From Callorhinchus milii (Eukaryota), in contig NW_024704743.1 in assembly GCF_018977255.1 (NCBI RefSeq), forward strand, positions 33,854,001-33,918,000: a DNA stretch of 64,000 nt. Direction: 5' to 3'. Positions 25,777 to 37,300 of this stretch are shown here, one piece after another (within the stretch, counting starts at the first letter, position 1; each line of letters begins with the position of its first letter). Both the position numbers and the translations under genes were made by a program. Under the pieces are notes generated by a model. It did not search any database and had not been told where the DNA came from. It saw only the letters and a list, made by a program, of their open reading frames with translations.

Positions 25777-25907
25777 CTATTTTCTTCCTGTAGTTTTCCA
25801 GCTGAAAGATCTATAATTGTTTATAAGGGTCAAATCACACTGTTCACAGATATACTCCAGGTGCGGTAAGTAACTCTCCAACTCCTCAAAATCAACTTCC
25901 AATTGAG
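25777..25907 (-). pseudogene. DTNBP1: Degenerate copy of DTNBP1 exon 6 (copy 1)
   Basis: The sequence reads tttcctttttttccag|CTCAATTG...GAAAATAG|gtaacc and translates (A)QLEVDFEELESYLPHLEYICEQCDL, versus human THLEASFEEVENNLLHLEDLCGQCEL. After a frameshift it reads YKQL*IFQLENYRKK, versus CKHMQSQQLENYKKNKR. It is 131 nt (133 expected) and has an internal TAG. Confidence 0.88.
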
Positions 25908-26995
25908 CTGGAAAAAAAGGAAAGCTTTCAAATGTCATTGAAGGTCATTCATCTCTTGAGGACTCTCAGGTTGAAAAAGCTCTCTTTAGGATAGTAGTAG
26001 CATTAATAGCTCCTCTCTTCTAGAAAACACGCTTTGCAATGACAATTGTGTTTCCAGCAGGGAACTCCATGTGTGCCATGACGCAAAGACTTTGGCTCCA
26101 AGGTTATCTTTGGAACGATCTTTGGGATGTTGGCTTAATGTCCCTTATGAACATTCAATAAGTTGAACAGAATCAAAGATTGTGAGATGGAGGAGAGCCT
26201 TTGTTGATTTATAACTTCACAGATTCTCAAGGAACTGGGATTTTTAAGGTAGCTACTTTTTATAGACTCATGTCTTTATGCCACAGAGGAGGGAATTTGG
26301 GTCCATTGTGTCTACTATGATAGTGCAATCTCCCTGAAAAATCTAATCCAAACTCAATTCTTTGCTCTTTCATGAAACTTTTAGTAGTATTTTTTAATTG
26401 GATTTCTTGACCTAGCTGATTGACACTTATTTTAACCTTCCCAACTAAAGATTAACTTTTAAAAGAGACAGAGACAAAACAAGTTGAGTTGCTAAAGTAG
26501 AACATTCATTTATGTACAAATGAATGATTTATTGTCTTACATTCATTCAGCATTTCATTGTCATGGAAAATCTTTGTACATTATTAATTGCTTTATTATG
26601 AATCTCTACCACATCAAATTTGCATGGCTAATTTAATTCCCAAACTTTAATAAAACATTAAATACGTAGACCGTTAGACATCAAGATTGGTGGTTGATTC
26701 AATAAACCATGCATGGATAACGATGTTGGGAAGTTCTGATTATTAAAAGTTCACAGAGTTTCTTTTGTCTGTAAATCAAAACCAGTTTGTGGTTAGACCA
26801 TCTTGTTCTTTTTCTATCTGCTTCAATATTTCAGCAAAAATGCCTCAGAGGTTTTTGAGCAGTAGAAATAACTCACTTCTGCTTCAGCGTGGGTCCCATG
26901 GCAGTCGGAACACACAAAGTGCTTAACATAAAAAGGGTCAGGACAACATTTGGGGCTTACTGCCAAGCCAATTTAGAGGAACAACATGCATACAT

Positions 26996-27330
26996 GGATT
27001 CCTATAGCTCAGTGGTTGGAGCACTCACCTCACACCTTGATTCCAGGCAGGGCAAAACGTTGAGCAAGTTTCCTTACTTCACACGCCTATGTTTACCTAG
27101 AGTAGGTAGGAACCTGGTTGTTAGTCGATTGGAGATGCTTTTCCGGGGTAATAATGCCATTCAAAAAAAATAATATTTGGTCACTCAATGCACACTGTAC
27201 TGTGTGTGACATATTGCTGCCTGTTTTGCCCCAAAATACAGTCAATTCACTTTACAGTATATTCTGTGAAGTGTTTGAGAATCTCAAAGACGTGTAAGGC
27301 TCTTATCTGAAATGCAAGGATAATTATTAT
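26996..27330 (+). mobile_element. tRNA-derived SINE, long variant with a deleted head (duplicate at 39776-40135)
   Basis: tagctcagtggttggagcac...gagcaagtttccttac...gtttacctag...aaatgcaaggataattatt. Confidence 0.88.
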
Positions 27331-29399
27331 TGTTATTCTTTATTATTGGCAAAATTAGAAGTGTGTAAGTAAAGGAAGGTGGTACTGATCATTTGTGGCA
27401 TAAGGGGGCTGCCTGAGCTTTAGAGGCAGTGCAATGAGCAATGTGGATGATACTTATTGTTAGAGGAATGAGCTATAATGTTTAATGGAACGAGATAGAC
27501 TAGAATTTCAAAGTTCTAAAGTGGGGCTTGAACCCACAGCCTTCTGACTCAGTGGGAAGAATGCTGTAAAGTAAGACAGGTTGGCACCCAAGATAGCCCA
27601 CAAACAGATTCTCTCTCCTTGATTCAGTTTTGTAAGTGACCCAGACCCTATCCAATGAATCACTTGGTGATAGCACCTATAGTTCAATAACATTCAATCC
27701 GATTTGGAATATAGTTACAAACGCACAACGAAACACCAATCTACAACACTTTAACATAGAATTCCATAGATTCTACAGCACCAAACAGGCTATTCACCCA
27801 AACTAACTAGTTCATGACAGTGTTTAAGAGTCCACTTGATATTCCCCTACCATCTTCCTTCCCTCCCAAAATGTATTCTCTTCTTCTTGTATGCCTCATT
27901 AGATGGAAAACTTATAAGGGCTGAGCTTAGAAAGGCAACGCTATACAGAAATGGGGGGGGGTTGGTGAGGGAGAACAACTGAAGGATTACTTTTTCTAGG
28001 TGTTGATTCTCTATATAAAGAATTACTTCCTTTCGTTTCAAATTCAAGGACTATTATTATATGAAGTTCTTCAATTTATGACTAAGATAAATGATCATTG
28101 ACAATTTTATATTTTTATATTTGGGGTTTGTTCTTGGTCACAAGTAAAGAATTTGACACATTTCTACACGTCAGCAATTATTTTGTCACACCACTTACCC
28201 GCCAATGAGGTGGAGTATGTTATGTCAGTGTACCTTTAGAAACCTTAATTAAACTTTGCTTTCCTTTGCAGTGAAAGGAAAACACATGTTACTTTTATTT
28301 CAGCCTCCATACTCTGTCTGCTTAGTACCACAATCTTGACTGTGTCAACACAGCTTTTATAATTTGAACTGTGACATTTGGGATTTTTATAGTCCATTTC
28401 ACATGCAATCATTTACACATTTTATGTCTCATTATTATTAAACACCCTTTGCAAACATCCATATTTTTAATGATTCCTTTTCATCGTTGCTCAGGGCTCT
28501 GTCCTCGTTCCCCTCCTCTTCACCCTCTACATGCTCTCCCTTGGTGACATCATCTGCAGACATGGGGTAAATTTCCACATGTATGCGGATGACACCCAAC
28601 TCTACCTCTATACTCCCCCTTCCCCCCCCACCCAACACACACACACCACAAGAGGAAGTGGAGGGGAAACATAAAGTGAACAACACAAGATAAATCTACC
28701 TTAAAAATGTAGAAGGAAATATGTCAAAATATACTTTGCATCTCTTATTTTTCTCTGCTTCTCTTCACATTACATCCCAGATACAATATCCTCATTAGGA
28801 AGACAGTGACACAGACTTGCACCAGGCAGCTTTTTCTCTGACAGAATCTCAATTGAAACTGACCAAGTGAAAATGTCTAACGAAGTTGAGACTTAACTGA
28901 TATTCCAACTGACGCAGCTGTTGAAATAGAAGATCTAGATTCCTATCTAGAAAGCAAACCATCTGGGGGAAGTCGTTTGCAACTAATGTACACCAAAAAA
29001 ACAGTCAATAAAGTTTGTCAAGTGTTCCTAAATGGAAAGATCAATAAATGTCTGACATGTAACTGTTGGTAAAAATGCCTATCTTTCCTTGAGTTCTTCA
29101 GTCCTCGCCTTGTCCGGAAAGAAGCTGCCAACTTGTCATAAAGCTTGCTCGGCATCCAACTTTGCAACACAGCAGTATCACATTATCCTGGTTGAAGGGA
29201 GCTATATAAATGCAAATTGTTGTTATTTGATATCACGTCTAATTATTGCCATAAGTAATAACTTTTGGATTATAATGTGAAGCAATGTAGAAGCCTTAGG
29301 GACATGCTAAGCATTACCTGTTCAAAGAACCCTCTGAAATAATTTCTTCCAAACTTCCCCCTGAATTCTTCCAGTGATAATTCTGAATATATTCCCTCT

Positions 29400-29660
29400 T
29401 GCCCACCTCCGTCCATACCTCACAGCAAAGGTAGCCGAAACCTTCATCCACGCTTTCGTCACTTCCCAGCTGGACTATTCTAATGCCCTCCTCGTTGGTC
29501 TCCCCAGCTCCACCATACACAAAATTCAATAATTCAAAACTCTGCCTGTACCCCCATCAGGCCACTCCTTGCCAGGCTCCACTGGCTCCCAATTACCGAA
29601 CAGTTCGATTTCAAGATCCTTTCACGCGTTTTCAAATCCCTTTATGTCCTGGCATCTCCC
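29400..29660 (+). mobile_element. Degenerate L2 fragment
   Basis: gccgaaaccttcatccacgctttcgtcacttcccagctggactattctaatgccctcctc corresponds to the AETLIHAFVTSRLDYSNALL region. Confidence 0.8.
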
Positions 29661-31094
29661 AACCGATCCAAACTGCCCTTACCCCCCACCCCACCACCCA
29701 CTGCCTCTGCCTGGCCATATGTATTTTCTATGAAAAGTTGAATCTATTTAATGTCTAAGGTTTTGTTTGCTTCTATTAAAGACTTGGCATAAATAGTATT
29801 CATTAAATTTAGTTCTTCCTTAGATTAATTTCGAAGGATTGGTGGGAGAGAAAGAGGTCAGGATTTGGCCAAAGTACAGGTAAATTATACAGTTTTGGCA
29901 AACCTCAAAGTGTTTTTTTTGGGGGGAGGGGTCATGACCCACCTGACACCCCAATACTCGCCCCACCTCCCCCCTCACAGCCATAATCTCACCCTCCAGA
30001 AAGAGCAGGGACTAAGGTGGATTACTTGTTCGAGGAGAGAAAAAAAATGTGTTGAAAGTCCTTATGATTCTCTGGATCTATTTTCCTCTTAAGGAATCCA
30101 TAAGTTAATGCTGGAAATGTGATTTATAGTAGTTGAAAGCTAAGTAACAAATAGCTAAAAGCTGAGTCTATGAGTAGGCATTCACCTACAAAATACACAG
30201 TCACCACACTTCACAGTAAATCCTGTGAAGCGCTTTGATACATCCTCACAGCATGAAATCACAACATCAATATCAAATACAAGGATTATTGTTTGTTGCA
30301 GTTTGTGGTGTAATGTAAACATTCAATACCGCTATTGAAATTGTACTTTCCAGAGGAATATAGCAATAATCCAGTGATCTATCACACTTAACAATGTTAA
30401 CAGGATTAATGAGGAAGGAGTGTGCCATTACTCATTAATTATTTTCTGTGTTGTATTCGAGTTGTTGCATTTCTGAACAAAGCATGGATAGAGGAGAAAA
30501 ACTATGATTTGTGAAAACAGCAAATTACATGTGGCATTTGTATGAATGACCAGTACATACACTCCGCAACAGCCTAGCCAGTTATGAATAAGTAATTTTA
30601 ATAATCAAGCAAAGAAAATGTTTAAAATGTATTCCAAAAACTTGATTAATTGATGACTTGAGTGAGTTTGATGGTTCTCCCCTGAAATTGTAAATATTCT
30701 AATAATTATTGTAAGCATCGTAGAAACAATAAAAGTCTTTATTACACCAAGGTTATAGGAATTGCAGTCACAGTGTAATGATTAATGCTCTGGAAGTGCA
30801 ACAGATGCATCATTCCTTATTATATACATGGACATAATATTAAAATGATAGAACAGGAAAGCAATTCAGCGCATACACCATACTGTTATATGTCCATTAT
30901 GCAAATAGCAATGAAAGTCTGGTCTGGCTGAAATATAGGGCAATCCCACCTTAAGGTGCCTCACTAAAGCAAGAGTTCAATTATAACAAGAATGTGATAT
31001 GAGAAGTGGGACCTGGGGTCATTTTTTTCTGTGGACCCATTCTAATGTTGTGAACCCAAAACATTGCTTTATAATGTATACAATTACATAATAA

Positions 31095-31370
31095 TTACAT
31101 AGAGCATGATAACACGGAAACAAGCCATTCGGCTCAACTGTTCTGTTCGGATGTTTATACTCCACATAAGTCTCCAGTCCCCAAATCCCCTTTCCATACT
31201 TTTCTATTCCCTTCTCTCTCAAGAGTGCATCACTTTTCCTCTTAAATACATTTATGCTTTCTGCTTCCAACCAAGCTTTTAGCAATGAGTTCCAGATATT
31301 CACCACCCTCTCTGCCTCAAGAAATCCCTCCTAAATTCATTTTGAGATCTGTTATTGTCTTATCTTATAT
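31095..31370 (-). mobile_element. CR1 LINE 3' end (truncated copy at 18351-18610)
   Basis: MVNIWNSL...EAESINVFKRKSDALL followed by a ccgaatggcttgtttccgtg 3' UTR. Confidence 0.8.
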
Positions 31371-34300
31371 TTATGCTTCATCATGTGGGACACAACAACA
31401 ACAACAAAATTACATTTATAAAGCGCCTTTCACGTCGGGAGGATGTCCCAAAGCGCTGAACAGTCTGGTGTCGGGACCCGAGCATGGGGGAGGGGTGGTA
31501 TAGGGGTGAGGGAAGGCAGAGAGGTGGGAGGGCGACCAAAGGCACGGTCGAAGAGATCAACAACAAGCTTTCATAATTTTAGGCACATTAGGATCTATTT
31601 TGTTCTATTTACAGAATGGAGGCACTGCAATAATACCCGGTATTTACCAGCCCTTGGACATCTGTAGACTCAGATAGGTATTGCCAAGACTGCTGGTGTT
31701 GTTTGATTGATCCATCCAAACTACTTTTCAACATTTTCCTTTATTCCTCACACTACTTAAGTTATTTTCTTCAGATCTCAAGCAACCTCCTTCTCAATGC
31801 TTTACAGATCTCTAAAAGAGACCCAAACTAGCAGCGGTGTCCTTCACTAATCTACCCCTTTACTAGCTGGTGCTGAATTCTGAATCTTGCAATCACTTAT
31901 ACAGCAGTTGTTGCAGTGATGCAAAACTTTGGCACATATTTCATTAACTGAATTTCCCAACCATTCCTTTATTCAGGGACCACACAGGCTTCTTTTGATT
32001 TTGAACAAGAGCAATGAACAAATGAAGTTGAGGCTACTGCTGTGCAGATGTAAGCACCTTTGAAGTTCTTTGCGACATTTTGACATTTTTTTCCTTACAT
32101 TTCCATTCATTGACATGATAAGGCACTATCAAAATGTTCTTTCTTTTTTCTTACAATGATATATTACCCGTCTTTTACAAATGAGTAAAGATGCTGGCTC
32201 TCAATATGGTGAATCACTGTACTTTTCTAACCTTAAATATTTACCAGAAGATAAATTGGTATCAGGACTCATTTTTACAAACAAGGCTTAAAAAAATATT
32301 AGTGGCACAGATAGGTGGCTGTAAGCACAGTCGAAGAGGAAGGTTTTCAGGCGGGACTTGAAAAAGGGGAGAGAGGGAGAAAGGCGGAGGGATTGAGGGT
32401 GAGTGTTCCAGGGTTAAATGTAGCCCTTTCCCCAGATGTGAAGAAAGTACAAGATGTAAGGCACAGATGTAACATAACTACATGCCCTTGCAGTAGTTAA
32501 TTGGTTTCTCGTACATGAGACACTATTGATTATTCTACAAAAATGTATCTATTATACTTTGCTACATACGCCTTAATATGAAATTGATAGATGTGCTCAG
32601 GGCAAGTCCAAGGTTTAAAAACTCTGAGTTTGTTTGACTTTGTACTTCGTAAACCAATAGTAGACACAGAACCAGAGGTGGTTATTCTGTTGCATTTGCT
32701 AAATGTATTGACTGATAATAATTATCTGAATTTACATAGCATCTTTCACTGAGGTTAACTGAATATGTTAATTTACACTGAGTTATTCTGCTCCGTTTGC
32801 TAAATGTATGGATACAATTAATAACAATGGCGTTTAAAATTCTACTTAAAATGAAATTCCTAACACAAAATCAAACTATAATTATAAAATATCAGCATTT
32901 ATTTTTAAGGGCCCAGCAAAAAAAAAGCTAAATTGCATTGTAACATCAATTTACATTGCAAACTTTTAGGTCGATAGGACATCTCAATATGTTTCAAATG
33001 ACTAACTGGAGCACGAACATAGCTGCCAAGCGAGAGATGTGGATAGTGATCCCAGATCTTTTTGCAACAAAACGTTAACGGAAGGAAATCACAGTTTGTG
33101 AGTGCTGGTTTCTGGAAAGTTTCAAAACTAACAATAGCATCATAGCCAAATGTACAGTTTCCAGCCTAAAGCTTGGGGGTCAGAAAATGTGATAACTTTC
33201 TTACACAATCTTATTGGCTTCTTTTTCACCATTGCTCAGTGTCACGGAAGGACCATGGTCTTGTACAGGTGACGCACTAGGTCAATGGTTCTCCATGCAA
33301 CATGTCGGTTGTGGAGGTGAGAAGGCTTTTCGAACATATGAAGATCTATGGAGTCCTGTAGCTCAGTGGTTAGAGCACTCGCTTTGCAAGCGAGACACCT
33401 GGGTTCAATTCCAGGCAGAGGGCGAAACCTTGCGCAAGTTTCCTTACTCCACACGCCTAATAATAATCCCTCCAAAACAAAGCAATAATAAACTGGTCAT
33501 TTTCAATCCACGACTGTTTGTGGGACACTGCTGTGCGCAATTGGCTGCCGCGTTTCGCCCTCAAATATACGGTCAATTCACTTTACAGTCTATCCTGTGA
33601 AGCGCTTTGAGACGTTGAGAAGACGTGAAAAGCGCTATATCAAATGCAAGGATTATTATTATTATTTATTATTATCTATGCAAAGGTAAACTTGGTATAA
33701 CACAATGCTGTACACAATACCATTGGGAAATAAATTCACACCATTACATTTCTGCCAACAAATGGGGTCCTCATGATGCTGATGCTTGGTCTAATGAGCA
33801 GCTCTTCTGCTTTAACCAGCAGAGAACTATGGGGATTCACTGAATGAGACAAATTGCTTCAATTTGTGCAAGATTTTTTCATTGCGCAATATAATCTATT
33901 TATAACAGTGGCTGTTTGATTTCCCCCGCAAAAATCAGGTTTAATTGTATTGGCTAACAGAAAATAATACCATAGACAAGTTAACAACTGCAAATGGGTA
34001 TTAAAATGTTACGCATACTTTATTGCATGTCATTTCAAGAAATTGACTTGTTTGTAACAACATATTTACAAGATTGTAGACAGGTAATGGTGAAAGTAAA
34101 GTACAATACCAATAATGACATACAGGTACAATCTAAACTCAACATTGTGTCAAGACGCATTATATAAACAGTGTACAGAAAACTCAACATTATATCAGAC
34201 ACCATTGAGACTATTTGTGGAGCATTTTACATTGATGAGTTTTGACAGAAAGCCTCCTGTAAGCTAAACTATTACAGTGTTGTCCATGAACAACTTGGGG

Positions 34301-37300
34301 ACATTTCAACATGATGGGACACTACAAAAATGTGAGCTCTTTCTCTCTATGAAGTCAGAAAGCTGTTATAATAATCCTTGCATTTAGCTAAATGTCTTAT
34401 TACATCATCGAGACATCTCAAAGTGCCAGAATGTACTGTAAAGTGCTGTTGCTGTGTGAACTTGGTGGGTGAATGCAGTAGCCAGTTTTGAGCACAGCAA
34501 TGTCCCAGAAGTAGGGGATTTGTTGGCCAAGATACCAGAAGAAACCCCTCTCTTTTTGAATAGTGTCATAGGATCTTAAAAGATCACCTGGACAGGTAGT
34601 CAGGACCTTGGTTTAACATCCCATCTGAAGACGCCACCCCTGCCAATGCAGAACAGCCCCAGCATTGCATTGGAGTGTTAACATAGATAATATAGGTTCC
34701 AAGTCCCAAAGTGAAGCTTGTACCAACGGCCTTCTGACTCAGAGGCAAGAGTGCTACCACTGAGCCAAGATGATAACATAGCAACTACAGCAATTCCTCG
34801 TAATAAATTCACCTAGAAAAATGAACAATTTGTGATTTTAAAGGGTCTTAAAAGAAGAGTTATTCTTGCTCAACATCCAGCGAAATCGAAGAACAGTCTT
34901 ATCAACAATATATTTAAGTATCAGCCAGCCCAGTTGGAGGCACTTTTATCTCTGAGGCAGAAGGTAGTGGGGTTGAAGCCTCAGATCGGGACTTTAAACT
35001 TGCATTTGATATAGCACCTCAACATGTGATTGGGACATCACAAAGTGTTTCACGGGATATACTGTAAAGTGGATTAACTGTGTATTTTGTGGCTGCGAAA
35101 CACAGTAACCAGGTGCGCATGCGCAACACAATGTCACACAAACATCCATGAAGTTAGTGGCCAATTTTATTTGGGGGGGCCTTATTGGCCAGGACCCAGG
35201 AGAACAACAACAACAAAATTACATTTATAGAGTTCTTTTCACAGCGGGAGGACGTCCCGAGGCGCTGAACAGTCAGGGGTCAGGATCTGAGCATGGGGGA
35301 GGGGTGGAGTAGGGGTGAGGGAAGGCAGAGAGGTGGGAGGGCGACTGAAGGCATGATTGAAGAAGAGGGTCTTGAGACCGGCCTTGAAGGAGGCAAGGGA
35401 GAAACTCCCTTCTCTTTTTGAATAGTGCTATAGGATCTTTAACATCCACCTGAATAAGTAGATTGGACCTCAGTTTAACGTCTCATCCGAAGGAGGGCAC
35501 CTCCAACATTGCAACACCCCCCCAGCATTGCATTGTCTGCTTAGACTATGTGATTCCAAGTCCTGATATAGGGTTTAAACCCACAAACTTCAGAGGCGAG
35601 AGTTCTACCACTGCCCCAGGCTGACACACGCTTTAAGTTTATATATAGCGAACAGTTTTCAAAGCGTGGGTGTGTGTTAACCTCTGGTGGGGCACAACAT
35701 TATTTGATGCTGATTTAATCAGATGAGTTTTTGTACGATATAAGGCCCTATGTACGCTATTATGGTACAGAGATGTGTTACAATGTATTAAATTCACTGT
35801 ATACAATGCAGAATTATTAGATACCTTCAAAGTACGTTATCAAAACCTTTACTGCTTGGTTTGTCCTATTTGTATAACATTGAATTTTCCGTACTGGCAG
35901 TAATAAATACAAGGTACCACTCCAGAATGGAAATGGAAACAATCTCAGAGTGTCTGTTTACAAAATCCCCCCACAAATTGATAAACTTTTCTGCAGAGAA
36001 ACAGACCACCCTTCACATTAATAATAATAATAATAATAATCCTTGCACTTGGTATAGTGCCTCATCATGTCGTCAAGATTAATTAAGTCATTAATTTGTT
36101 GAGTACATGTTCATTTGAATCCTCGTAAGGTTGAATCATGTCATCTGTAATATCTATTAGGTGTGTGTTCATTTTTTAAATGTGCTATCTAGGGTATGTG
36201 TATATATGTGTGTGTCTGGGGGCAAACAGATGCACTAACAGAAAGGGGGTCTTCAGTGCTCAAAGTTTAAAAATTGCTGGTTTAGGCTGTCACTCGAGTA
36301 CAGTGCTGATTGTATGCTGCATTTTTGGAGGTGCCGTCCTTCAGATGAAAAGTTAAATCGAGGTCCCATCCCCCTGTTCAGAGGATGTCAGGGCACTATT
36401 CAAAAAGCGAAAAGGAGATTTCTGCCAGTGTCCCGGCCAAAAGCCCCCAAAAAATAAATGGTCCCTCACTTCATGGCTGTTTGTAGGACTTTGTTGTGCA
36501 CAAATTGGCTGCTGCCTTCACCTACAAATACACAGTTATTACACTTCAAAGTCAATCCATTGAAGTGCTTTGAGAAGTTTCGACAACGTGACAAAGCAAA
36601 ATATCAAATGCAAAAATTATATTATATTTGGTCAAATTAAATTGATGTTCACAACTTGTGTCCTCTTGCTCTCCTCGCGGTGCATCCAAAAGTATTGTTC
36701 TGGCTTTATTTTCTCAATCTCATTTAAAATCTTATTACCTCTATAACATCCCCTCTGAGAGGTTTCTTTTCAAGAATGTATCAAATGCAAAGACTATTAT
36801 TGCCTATACAATAGTCCTGCTATTTGGAAATACGGAGCTTGAGCAGCAGCTGCAAACCAAACTAGTTGCATTCCACTTTCTTAGTTTGTAGAACTGGGTC
36901 TATCAGCATCTTTCGTTAACCCTACTAGGTATGGTTTGCAGAATAATCCTGATGTACCGCTTTACCACCCCAAGGAAATATTAGATGCACGTTCTGTCTT
37001 TCACACGTCTATGGTCGGAATTTTTAACCACTATAGTAAATAGTAAATTTGCCAAACTAACCAGTAAATATTCACCTCGTTTGTAGCAGGCTGGTGTCAT
37101 TAGCACAAGGCTGACTGAACACTTCCTTGGTAAAGCTGTTCATGACTAATGAAATCATTCATGCCTGTGGATATTTATTGAATGTGGATATTTGATGATT
37201 GTGTTCTCTATGGGGCTATAAAAATGGGACAGGATATTAATATATGAAAAGTACATTGTAGCTTAAGACTACCAAAATATCAGACAGCCTTCTCAAGTTC

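Larger units (their letters stand above)
18351..28611 (+). repeat. ~10.3 kb segmental duplication, copy 1
   Basis: Colinear and near-identical to 31111-41418; the offset drifts from 12760 to 12807. It starts at aacacggaaacaagcc and ends at tctacctctat. The ORF track repeats at the same offsets. Confidence 0.97.

Noticed and set aside
28990..29165. Minus-strand peptide with AKLDAEQA...LKER (like dysbindin exon 8 AELDAEHA...LKER) and FPDK...EELKER (like EZH2)
   Set aside because: The matches are short, the spacing is wrong, there are stops, no AG acceptor is present and the two interpretations conflict. It is probably chance; tblastn would settle it.
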